Under the pieces are notes generated by a model, which worked only from the letters and a program-made list of their open reading frames with translations, did not search any database and was not told the origin of the DNA. The position numbers and the translations under genes are program-made. From Acidobacteriota bacterium (GTDB lineage: Bacteria > Acidobacteriota > Thermoanaerobaculia > Gp7-AA8 > JAHWKK01): a DNA stretch of 64,000 bases. The first letter of the stretch is position 1; each line of letters opens with the position of its first letter. Location of the stretch: positions 3,299-67,298 of the forward strand of contig JAHWKK010000001.1 in the NCBI GenBank assembly GCA_019347945.1, written 5' to 3'. Shown here piece by piece: positions 1 through 8,158 of the stretch.

Positions 1-839
1 CAGCCGCCGGCGAGACAACTGGTCGCGAAGGGGGTTGGGAAGGCCGACTGTGCGCGATCCCACGTCTCGACGCCGAGCTCCTGGACATAGCTCCCGCTGA
101 CGAGGAAACGGGTTCGGTCGGCTCCACCGCCCCAAAGCAGGGAGACCTCGGAGGCCTCGCCATCGCCTTCAGAGATGAACCCGCCGGTCTGCAGGTCGAC
201 ACGGAATCCGTCGAAACTCTCGGCGGTGATGATGTTGACGACGCCGCCGATGGCGTCCGAACCATAGATGGCGGAAGCGCCATCCTGGAGGATCTCGATC
301 TTCTGAATGACGTTAGCGGGAATCGTGTTGAGATCGACCGCATTCGGAACACCGGAAGCAGATGCGCCCGCGATCCAGCGCTTACCGTCGACCAGAACGA
401 GCGTTCGTTTCGCTCCGACGTTTCTCAGCGACAGCTCGATGGCACCCGCACCGATTCCGGTCCCGTCCTGAGGGAACCCGGAGTTGCCGGGAACGTTGAA
501 ACGCGTGTTGATCGCCGAGCCGGTTACCGGGAGCTGCTGAAGCGTTGCTCCCAGGTTCGTCAGACCGGATCGCTGGATGTCATCGACGGAAATTTCCGTG
601 ATCGGCGCCGGCTCATCGAGCGGATCGCGCGCAATTCTCGATCCGGTGACGACGATGACTTCCGTGACAATCTGGTCGTCTTCCTCAGGCGGTTCCTCCT
701 CGTTTCGTTCCTCTTCCTGCTCTTGCGGTTGCGCGGCGCTGGTTTGCTGAGCCTCGAGCCCCTGTGGCATGAAAGCGAGACTGAGGACGCAGAGGACGAG
801 CAGCACATCACGCAACCATTCGGTGGTAGATCGCATCAT
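1..839 (-). CDS. TonB-dependent receptor, N-terminal part (signal peptide + plug domain); C-terminus lies beyond window start
   Basis: Reverse-strand translation from ATGATG at 839 gives MMRSTTEWLRDVLLVLCVLSLAFMPQGLEAQQ..., then a plug-like region (VVTGSRIARDPLDEPAPITEISVDDIQRSGLTNLGATLQQLPV...LVLVDGKRW...DLNTIPANVIQKIEILQDGASAIYGSDAIGGVVNIIT). AAGGAGC RBS 2 nt upstream. ORF runs off the window edge. Confidence 0.75.
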   Translation of the reverse strand, partial: MMRSTTEWLRDVLLVLCVLSLAFMPQGLEAQQTSAAQPQEQEEERNEEEPPEEDDQIVTEVIVVTGSRIARDPLDEPAPITEISVDDIQRSGLTNLGATLQQLPVTGSAINTRFNVPGNSGFPQDGTGIGAGAIELSLRNVGAKRTLVLVDGKRWIAGASASGVPNAVDLNTIPANVIQKIEILQDGASAIYGSDAIGGVVNIITAESFDGFRVDLQTGGFISEGDGEASEVSLLWGGGADRTRFLVSGSYVQELGVETWDRAQSAFPTPFATSCLAGG

Positions 840-1123
840 TGCTCCTTTCGATTTGGACCCTTGTTTCCAGCCCGTTTTCACTGAACGGCCTGAATTTTAT
901 ACAAACAGATGTGGGGCGACCGGGGCCGTTTGACGACCGATCGTTTTGCGCACGTTCCTCGTTCGAGGTTCATCCTCAACTGACATTTTGAGGAGCAGAT
1001 CGTAGCACACCTGAGGAGGGCGCGAGAGCGTTACATCGATCGTTCGGAAGTGGAGCTCGGAATCGATCGAAGGCCCCCGAAAATGAGCGGCGTGAGCAAG
1101 GAGCGATTCCCGGAGAGACGATG

Positions 1124-1259
1124 ATCAGGTTTTCGCGTGCTGGTACTCGACCCCGCAGAACCGCATGATCGTCAGCGCCAGCACTCTCGTGGCGGTCTCG
1201 AGCTCGGCGATCGGAACCCACTCGTCCGGAGCGTGCGCCAATGGATGACCCAACTTCCT
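1124..1259 (-). pseudogene. C-terminal remnant (~44 aa) of an M20-family peptidase (ArgE/DapE-like)
   Basis: Minus-strand frame reads RKLGHPLAHAPDEWVPIAELETATRVLALTIMRFCGVEYQHAKT*, resembling M20 peptidase C-termini (E. coli ArgE ends ...GHAHQPDEYLETRF...ELITQVIHHFC). It opens directly after an in-frame stop with no upstream coding continuation. Confidence 0.4.
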
Positions 1260-1347
1260 TTAACCTAACTTTTCCGAGCCTAACTCTACTCGTGCCTGGA
1301 ATTACCGGTCTGACTACAATGTCCGCGTGCAAATCGGGCGGGGGACG

Positions 1348-1482
1348 CGGCTCGGACCTTACGAAATCGTCTCGCGGATCGGCGCTGGAGGAATGGGTGA
1401 GGTCTGGAAGGCGCTCGACAGTCAATCATCCAGACATGATGCCTCAGAGCGCGAGAGTCATCTTCGCTCCGATTCGGCTTGA
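1348..1482 (+). pseudogene. N-terminal remnant of a Ser/Thr protein kinase (glycine-rich ATP loop only)
   Basis: Frame reads RLGPYEIVSRIGAGGMGEVWKALD (canonical Hanks kinase subdomain I), then degenerates (SQSSRHDASERESHLRSDSA*) after ~24 residues. No start codon or kinase body. Confidence 0.35.
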
Positions 1483-1659
1483 TTTAGTCGGGTTCAAACT
1501 GCCAATCAATACTTTTCAGACCGTCTAAAAAGCGCGTCCTCATCGCCGGTCCGGCTGGACTTCTTTACGCCAACTTTACTCGTGGCGGCGAAACCTCACG
1601 AATGGACCGTTAGCAGTTTCGACCGAGCCCGCCGTCACGGTAGATGTCTCCGTCGATGG

Positions 1660-1711
1660 AGCCAAAGAAAAGCCCCGCTTCGTCGACCGGTGCGTGGTCA
1701 CGAAGCGGGGC
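1660..1711 (-). terminator. Stem-loop (GCCCCGCTTCG...CGAAGCGGGGC) followed on the minus strand by TTTTCTTTGG, downstream of the KaiC-like gene
   Basis: Inverted repeat at 1672-1682 / 1701-1711. U-rich tract on the minus-sense strand. Confidence 0.4.
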
Positions 1712-1740
1712 GGGCTTTGAACGTTCGAAGCGGAACCGGG

Positions 1741-3342
1741 CTAGTGTCCGGTGTTCTCCTGAAGCGCCCGGTCGATGAAGGCTCCCGCCGGCTGTCCGGG
1801 CTCGTAGATGGCGAAACCACGGTCGACGCCGCTCAGCTCGTCACCCAACTTGTCGTCGAGCCGCGTTTCGAAACCATGGACGCCGTTGCGGTCGGCGCCT
1901 GTGAGCAGCGCCACGAACTCACCATCCCGATTGTGGCAGAGAATGTCCTCCTGACGACAGAGCTCTGCAAGAGAGCGGCTGAGCGAACCGTCCGCCTCTT
2001 CGGCACGAATCCAGTAGAGCGCGAAGGTCATCCCGAACTTCGATACGATGTCGACGTTTCTCTCGAGCCGCTCGCGAAAGCCGTCGCTCCAGGAGAGCTT
2101 GCCATTGCCGTTCTCGAATACGTTCGCGTTGTCCGCCGAGGGCTCTGCGGTGGTGTGCAAGGTATCGAGGTCCACCAGATCGTCGGCGGGACCGAGCAGC
2201 CGGCGTCCGCTGCGTCGCACGAGCGCTTCGACTCGGGCTTTCAGCTCAGAGCCGGAGAAGGGTTCGGTAATGAAATCATCGGCGCCGGCCCGGAGATAGA
2301 GGACCGAGTCGACTGCACGATTGCGCGCCGGCGAGAGAAAGGCGATGGCCGACTGGGACGTGCGCGCGAGCTCCGCGATCGCCTGAAGAGCCGAGGTAGC
2401 GCGAGAGGGAGTGATCAGCGCCAGCCCGGGCTTCTCGTTCCTGACCCGTTCGATTCCCTCCTCGAGGTCGGTCTCAGAGTCGACTGTGTACGTCTCGCCG
2501 AGTGCTTCGCGCACCTTCGCGATCGTGTCGGGCGAGGCACCCAGCAGTATGACACTGCGGTTGACGTCTCTGTCGCTCCAGAGCTCGTTGACGTCGTCGA
2601 CCTTCTCGCCTTCGCCACGATAGTTGATCAGCCCGCGTCCGTCGGCTATGCGGTAGTGAGCAGCGAGATGATCGACCGATGCAAAACGCATCTTCGAGAG
2701 TCGCATGATCCGCCCGCCCGTCTCCTGGTCGGCCGAGAGTGTCACGACGCCGAAGGCATTCTGCTCGATCATTCTGATCAGCGGTTTCGTTTCAGGATTC
2801 ATCTCGTCGCCTGCGATCAGGATCGTGGTGACGGGAAGCTCTTCGAGTGCGTTGATCAGGGATTGAGTCACGGACAGAGCAAAGTGTGTCGAATACATCA
2901 TGCTGACGAGGCCGAACACGGGGTCGATCACGAGTCTCCTGGCCCCGACTTCCCGGATGTAATCGGTCAGTTCCTCGGTGATCGCCATGACATCTGCGGG
3001 GCTCTCGACCAGCTCGAAGTACCGGCCGCTGGGATTGAGAATCATCAACTGCCCGCGCTTGACCGCGTCGCGCATCCGAAATCCGATCGAGTCTGCCTGA
3101 TCGAGAACCGATTCCGGATTCTGGTCGGTAATCAGAACACCGGGCTCGTCGAGCTGCAATCCGCGAGCGAGGAACTGGAGACCAGCGATGGTCTTTCCTA
3201 TCCCGAGACCGCCTTTGATGAGGTAAATCTTGTTTGGGAAAAGTCCTCCCGCACCTGAATCGATCAGGTCGATTCCGCTGATGATTCTCTGAGGCGGATT
3301 GGCGGGGGGGGTGGATTCGGTCGGATTCGCGGTAACTGTCAT
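1741..3342 (-). CDS. KaiC/RecA-superfamily ATPase fused to a receiver-like domain lacking the canonical Asp and a degenerate GGDEF domain (RDGEF)
   Basis: 533 aa. N-terminus GIDLIDSGAGGLFPNKIYLIKGGLGIGKTIAGLQFLARGL (KaiC-like Walker A). Middle ...LALITPSR...ADDFITEPFSGSELKARVEALVRR (CheY-like fold, no acidic pocket Asp at the expected position). C-terminus FALYWIRAEE...CHNRDGEFVALLTG (GGDEF-like with RDGEF). Strong RBS GAAGGAGGA upstream of ATG at 3342. Confidence 0.8.
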   Translation of the reverse strand: MTVTANPTESTPPANPPQRIISGIDLIDSGAGGLFPNKIYLIKGGLGIGKTIAGLQFLARGLQLDEPGVLITDQNPESVLDQADSIGFRMRDAVKRGQLMILNPSGRYFELVESPADVMAITEELTDYIREVGARRLVIDPVFGLVSMMYSTHFALSVTQSLINALEELPVTTILIAGDEMNPETKPLIRMIEQNAFGVVTLSADQETGGRIMRLSKMRFASVDHLAAHYRIADGRGLINYRGEGEKVDDVNELWSDRDVNRSVILLGASPDTIAKVREALGETYTVDSETDLEEGIERVRNEKPGLALITPSRATSALQAIAELARTSQSAIAFLSPARNRAVDSVLYLRAGADDFITEPFSGSELKARVEALVRRSGRRLLGPADDLVDLDTLHTTAEPSADNANVFENGNGKLSWSDGFRERLERNVDIVSKFGMTFALYWIRAEEADGSLSRSLAELCRQEDILCHNRDGEFVALLTGADRNGVHGFETRLDDKLGDELSGVDRGFAIYEPGQPAGAFIDRALQENTGH

Positions 3343-3380
3343 GGTGAGGGTCCTCCTTCAACAAACAAGATTTGTATTCG

Positions 3381-4445
3381 TCATGACCCGTTGGACATTC
3401 GACGGGCCGTCAACTCGACGTTTGGAGATGATTGGTCGAAGACGTTCCGGGCGACGGCGCGGATCTCGCGGAAGTCGCCACTCTTCGGTCTGACTGCCTC
3501 CCCGGCACCGGCGATCGACCTGACTTCGAAAACCTCCGTGACCGGCTCGAGACTGACGCTTTTGATCGATTCCGGGGACACGAATCCGAAAGTCCGGTAA
3601 AGGTTCACCAGCTGCTTGATCGACAGGTTGGTGTCGGTGTGAGTGCTGAGAGTACGAGCGAGCTTCATCATCTGTACGGGATCGTTCGAGACCTGTTCCC
3701 GAACCTTCTCTTTCACGGCCTGGATGACTTTCTGCTGCCGCTGCTCGCGGGAGAAGTTCGTCCCGAGCTCGCTGCGGATGTAGCGGTACCGGGCGAACCT
3801 GAGCGCGCGTTCCCCGTCCATTGTCTGGAGCCCCGGTTCGAAGCGGTCATCGAACAGGTAGTCGTAGAAGCCCTGTTCGACGTCGATCTCGACGCCCCCG
3901 AGTGAATCGATGATCTTTTCGAAGCCTCCGAAGTCGACTCGGACATACGCGTGAAGAGGGAGACCCGTCACCTCCTCGACCGTAGCCATGGCGAGTGCGG
4001 GTCCCCCGCCTGGATACCCGGACTGCTGTCCAATCTGATGAGCCCTGTTGATGCGGTGCGTACCGTACCGGTCTATCCTCACGTACAGATCGCGTGGGAT
4101 CGAGATGATCGCTGCTTCCTTTGTGGAGGGCCTCAGACTAGCAACGAGAATCGTGTCGGCCAGATCCTTCCCCCCGCCGGGATGTTCCTCACCACCGACT
4201 CCCAGGAGGAGTATGTTCACGCGATCGTTTTCGAGACCCTCGGCGAGGCTGTCAGGGATGGCGTTCCACCCCGGAGCGACGCTCGTATAGAGAGCGAATC
4301 CGCCGAGAAGAAACATGAAGCCGAAGACCGCGAAGAGGAGCCATTCGAGCGCGCGGAGACGTCGCGGCTCCTCCGCCTCGGGAGGCGGAGGATCGAGGCG
4401 CTGGGCCGCGTCCGGATCGAGTCTGCTGAAGTGGTCCTTGTCCAA
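3381..4445 (-). CDS. LytR-CpsA-Psr (LCP) family protein, membrane-anchored
   Basis: 354 aa. N-terminal TM (LLFAVFGFMFLLGGFALY), then LCP motifs ...NILLLGVGGEEHPGGGKDLADTILVASLRPSTKEAAIISIPRDLYVRI...GTHRINRAH...GGGPALAMATVEEVTGLPLHAYVRVDFGGFEKIIDSLGGVEIDV. Start TTG at 4445 (alternative start). Confidence 0.8.
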   Translation of the reverse strand: MDKDHFSRLDPDAAQRLDPPPPEAEEPRRLRALEWLLFAVFGFMFLLGGFALYTSVAPGWNAIPDSLAEGLENDRVNILLLGVGGEEHPGGGKDLADTILVASLRPSTKEAAIISIPRDLYVRIDRYGTHRINRAHQIGQQSGYPGGGPALAMATVEEVTGLPLHAYVRVDFGGFEKIIDSLGGVEIDVEQGFYDYLFDDRFEPGLQTMDGERALRFARYRYIRSELGTNFSREQRQQKVIQAVKEKVREQVSNDPVQMMKLARTLSTHTDTNLSIKQLVNLYRTFGFVSPESIKSVSLEPVTEVFEVRSIAGAGEAVRPKSGDFREIRAVARNVFDQSSPNVELTARRMSNGS

Positions 4446-4696
4446 GGTCTTTCGCCTTTTTGTTGCTGCCTTTGGTATCTGAATCGTGATCTTCCAAAAG
4501 CACGTGTTGGCACTGCAATTTTGGTGACAGGGGTCACAAGTATGTCGAGAAAGTCAGTGACCTGGATCACAAAATGTGGCTCGAATTTTGGAAGACACCC
4601 ACCAATAGCGCAAAGGCGCCCCACCAATAGCGACATGAAGACGAGCTCTTCCACCCTAAAAAGATCGAAAAAAAGATCGAAGTCCAGGAGGCGGAT
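4446..4696. promoter_or_regulatory. Divergent intergenic region between LCP gene and EPS operon; lower GC, direct repeats (CACCAATAGCG x2, AAAAGATCGAA x2)
   Basis: 250 bp non-coding, relatively AT-rich for this window. Repeats ...caccaatagcgcaaaggcgccccaccaatagcgacatg... and ...aaaagatcgaaaaaaagatcgaag... lie just upstream of RBS CAGGAGG + ATG at 4697. Confidence 0.3.
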
Positions 4697-7600
4697 ATGA
4701 AGTTCAGGCGCTTCTCCGGTTATCTCGTCGTCGTCCTGCTCGTGCTCGGCGGCGACCTCCATGCCCAGGGATGGGAGGAAATCAAACCTGGGATCTCGTA
4801 TCGCGAATACACGCAACCAGGTCGCGCGATCTACGTAACGCGCATCGATCTGACCACTCCCACCATCGATCTGATCGCTTCCGCGGAGATTGATCGCGGC
4901 CTGACGGTCGACGAGTTCGCTGAGAGATACGACACGGTCGTCGCGATCAATGGCGACTACTTCAACCAGCAGCTTCAGCCGATCGGACCGGCTCTCAGCT
5001 CATGTGGAGCGTGGGGGAACGCGAAGGCTGGCCGGACCGAGATCGTGGTCGCGATCGGATCGGAGAGGGCAGAAATCTACCGACCCTCCTCGCGCGAGGC
5101 GCCTCTTCCATCATGGGTCGAAGATGCTGTGGCCGGCTGGCCGATGCTCGTCGATGGATGCAAGTCACTTTCGACCAGCCTTCCCGGCAGCGCTTCGTTC
5201 ACCATGGCGCCTCATCCGCGGACGGCGGTAGGCCTCAGCGGTGATCAGAAGCTGATTTACTTCGTAGTGGCGGACGGACGGCGTGAAGACGCGCCGGGAA
5301 TGACCCTTCCGCAACTCGCCGACTTCATGCATGAGGAGCTGGGAGTGTGCACCGCCGTGAACCTCGATGGTGGAGGCTCGTCACAGATGGTCGTGGGCGA
5401 CGACACGGTCAACGTACCCAGCGACGGCGTTCCGCGGCGAGTCGCCAATCACCTCGCCGTCGTCCCGGCCAATCTGGATCTCGAGTGCGAGGTGAGGCAA
5501 GAGCTCGTGGCCGCCGCCTCGGCTGCACTCCGGGGGACGTGGGAACGCGTCGCGGCGCTCGAAAAGAAGCTGAAAGCGGGGAACGCTACAGTCGACGAGC
5601 GGATCGAGCTCGCACGCATGTACCTCGATCGTTCTCGATTCTGGGAAGCGAAACAGGTCGCCGACGAGATCCTGTCAAACAGGGATCATGACCTTGCTGC
5701 AAGGATCAGCGCCGAAGCTCAGGTGGAGCTGTCGCGGCTCAGCAGCGACAAAGGGGAAAGCCCGAGCGACAGCAAGGAGGCCGAGGCCGCAACCGCTGTC
5801 GAGCCGATCGAGCTCGCACGCAGCTACATCGAACGAGAGCGGTTCTGGGAAGCTCGGGAGATTGCCGACGAGATTCTTTCAGCGGGTCCGAATCCGGAAG
5901 CCGAAGAGGTACGAGCCGCGGCCGAGGCTGGGCTGAAGCGGCTCAGCGAAGGGAAGATTGCTGAAGCGAGGCGCGCTGCGTCGGCTCCCGGTGCCACGCT
6001 CGAGGATCGGATCGCTCTGGCAGACCTTCTGTTCAGCGACGGTCAGTACGGCGAGGCAATCGCTATTTACAGCGATGTACCGCGGCAACGGCGGGATCGA
6101 GAGCTGAGGCTGCGTCATGCTCGTGCGCTGGCGTGGTCGGGACGTCTCGATCCGGCGGAAGTCATCTATCACGAGCTCCTCGCCGAACAGCCGACGCCGG
6201 AGCTGACTCTCGAGTACGCCCGGCTGCTGTCGTGGATGGGTGCGACTCGGGCAGCCATCGGTCATCTGCGTCCTCTTTACGAGGAAGCTCCGCGGGACGA
6301 GGTCGCTGTGGCACTGGCGAACGCGCTCGCCTGGCAGGGAAAACGCTCGGAAGCGGTCGCACTGCTCGAGCGTCACACGACCCAAAGTCCGTCGGTGGAG
6401 ACACAGGCGTTGCTGGCGGAGCTTCGAGCAAGCCCCGAGCTGCGTCTGGAGCGGATCGAAGAGGCGATCGCCGATGAACCATTCAACCTGAGCCTCAGGA
6501 TTGCCCGAGCGCGTCTTCTGATCGAAGCGGAGCGCTACTCCGCCGCTCTGGAGGATCTCGAGTTCGTGGATCGGCACAGCAGGGAACGACACGACGAGGT
6601 CGAGGAGCTGATGACTCTCGCAAGTGAATCGAGACGTCGCGAGCTCGAATCGCTCGAGACCGAGGTCGTTGCCGTCGACCCCAGAACGGTCGAGGATCCC
6701 GACCGGTTGCGGGAGCTCGCAAGAAAGGCGGCCGGACTTTCCCGGTACGACGAGGCGATCGAGCTTTACGAGGCGTATCTGGAGCGCCGTCCTGACGACA
6801 CCGAGGTGAGAATCGATTACGCGAAAGTACTCGGCTGGGATCGACGCTACGATCAGGCGATCCGGGAGTACGAAGCGATTCTCGCGAAAAACCCCGAGAG
6901 GCTCGATCTGCGTCTCGAGTATGCGCGGCTTCTCTCGTGGGACGAGCGGTACTACCGGGCCGTCCGGGAACTGGATCAGCTCACCGACATTTCGGATCAC
7001 CCGCGGCCGTACCTTTACACGGAGGTGCCGGCGGAGGCCCGTTTTTCACTCGGGCAGATCTACCGGTGGTTCGGATGGCATGAGCATGCGATGGAACAGC
7101 AGCAGTTCGCTCTCGGCCTGGACGGGGGATTCGAGCCGGCAGCGACCGAGCTCGAAATGGTGCAGCGCCTGCGTCCCGCGAGCGTTTACGATGGCCGCTA
7201 CACCCGTGCGGAGACGGCAAGCGACTTCGTTCTCGACCGCCTGGACTTCATCACCCAGCAGTGGCTGTCGCGAAAGACTGCGGTAGAGGGTCTGGTTGGA
7301 TGGCATCAGTTCCGGCAGGCGGGCCTGGAAGCCGAGGCTCTCAGCATCGGGGTGGGTGTCCGCCACCGTCTGCAGGACCAGCTCTCGGCGCGAGCCCGTA
7401 TCGGGATCAACCGCTACGACGACGACACGCGATGGTTCGGATCAGTCGCGGGAGAATGGCTTCCGTCACTGACGAGCCGGTTCGTCGCCGAGCTTTCTCA
7501 TTACGATCTGATCTACGACGTGTTCACCCTGCGCTCGCTGGGGGATGACCCGCTCTCGATCACGGATCTCTCGCTGCACTACGACCACGATACGGGGGGA

Positions 7601-8155
7601 CGTCTGGCTTACATCGCGGACGCCTCGTTCGGCAACATCTCGGATGACAATAAGCGACTGGCGCTCCATGGGCTGGTGAGCTTCGAGCTCCGCAACGATC
7701 CCTTCGTAGCGGTCAAGGCCGACTACCGGCACCTTCAGTACGACTTCCGAACCAACCGCTACTGGTCTCCATCCGACTACCACTCGCTCGCCGGTGTCGT
7801 GCATGTCGGCGATAACGTCAGAGAGAAGTTTTTCTGGGACGCGGAGCTGAAATACGGCCGCTCCTGGCAGGAGGGTGATTCCCACGATCTTCAGTCGATA
7901 AGTCTTCGAGGCACCGTCCCGATCACCGAAGGGATCGACCTGGTGGCAGCCTACACATACGGACGAAGCGGCCGGATCGACGAGCCATTCGCCAGCCCCG
8001 ACCTGGTGACGTACTGGCAGCGACGCTGGTACATCGGCTTCCGGCTACGGAACCTGTTCCGTGGTGACGACCGCGACGCGGGTCGCAGATATTACTTCGA
8101 CGAGGGGACGCTCGAACAGGATCCGGCGCTGCCCCAGTTCGGAGAGGAGGGCTGA
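4697..8155 (+). CDS. Outer-membrane EPS export protein: signal peptide + phosphodiester glycosidase (NAGPA-like) domain + long TPR array + C-terminal beta-barrel (PgaA-like)
   Basis: 1152 aa. Signal peptide MKFRRFSGYLVVVLLVLGGDLHAQG. N-terminal ~260 aa match the phosphodiester glycosidase (NAGPA 'uncovering enzyme'-like) family (AINGDYFN..., GWPMLVDG..., RTAVGLSGDQKLIYFVVADGRRE..., AVNLDGGGSSQMVV). About 500 aa of TPR-like repeats follow (ALADLLFSDGQYGEAIAIY... YARLLSWMG... ALANALAWQGK...). The final ~350 aa show alternating hydrophobic beta-strand patterns (LSIGVGVRHRL, ARIGINRY, FVAELSHYDL, LALHGLVSFEL, FVAVKADYRHLQY, DLVAAYTYGRS, WYIGFRLRNLF) typical of an outer-membrane barrel. Confidence 0.8.
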   Translation: MKFRRFSGYLVVVLLVLGGDLHAQGWEEIKPGISYREYTQPGRAIYVTRIDLTTPTIDLIASAEIDRGLTVDEFAERYDTVVAINGDYFNQQLQPIGPALSSCGAWGNAKAGRTEIVVAIGSERAEIYRPSSREAPLPSWVEDAVAGWPMLVDGCKSLSTSLPGSASFTMAPHPRTAVGLSGDQKLIYFVVADGRREDAPGMTLPQLADFMHEELGVCTAVNLDGGGSSQMVVGDDTVNVPSDGVPRRVANHLAVVPANLDLECEVRQELVAAASAALRGTWERVAALEKKLKAGNATVDERIELARMYLDRSRFWEAKQVADEILSNRDHDLAARISAEAQVELSRLSSDKGESPSDSKEAEAATAVEPIELARSYIERERFWEAREIADEILSAGPNPEAEEVRAAAEAGLKRLSEGKIAEARRAASAPGATLEDRIALADLLFSDGQYGEAIAIYSDVPRQRRDRELRLRHARALAWSGRLDPAEVIYHELLAEQPTPELTLEYARLLSWMGATRAAIGHLRPLYEEAPRDEVAVALANALAWQGKRSEAVALLERHTTQSPSVETQALLAELRASPELRLERIEEAIADEPFNLSLRIARARLLIEAERYSAALEDLEFVDRHSRERHDEVEELMTLASESRRRELESLETEVVAVDPRTVEDPDRLRELARKAAGLSRYDEAIELYEAYLERRPDDTEVRIDYAKVLGWDRRYDQAIREYEAILAKNPERLDLRLEYARLLSWDERYYRAVRELDQLTDISDHPRPYLYTEVPAEARFSLGQIYRWFGWHEHAMEQQQFALGLDGGFEPAATELEMVQRLRPASVYDGRYTRAETASDFVLDRLDFITQQWLSRKTAVEGLVGWHQFRQAGLEAEALSIGVGVRHRLQDQLSARARIGINRYDDDTRWFGSVAGEWLPSLTSRFVAELSHYDLIYDVFTLRSLGDDPLSITDLSLHYDHDTGGRLAYIADASFGNISDDNKRLALHGLVSFELRNDPFVAVKADYRHLQYDFRTNRYWSPSDYHSLAGVVHVGDNVREKFFWDAELKYGRSWQEGDSHDLQSISLRGTVPITEGIDLVAAYTYGRSGRIDEPFASPDLVTYWQRRWYIGFRLRNLFRGDDRDAGRRYYFDEGTLEQDPALPQFGEEG

Positions 8156-8158
8156 TCG

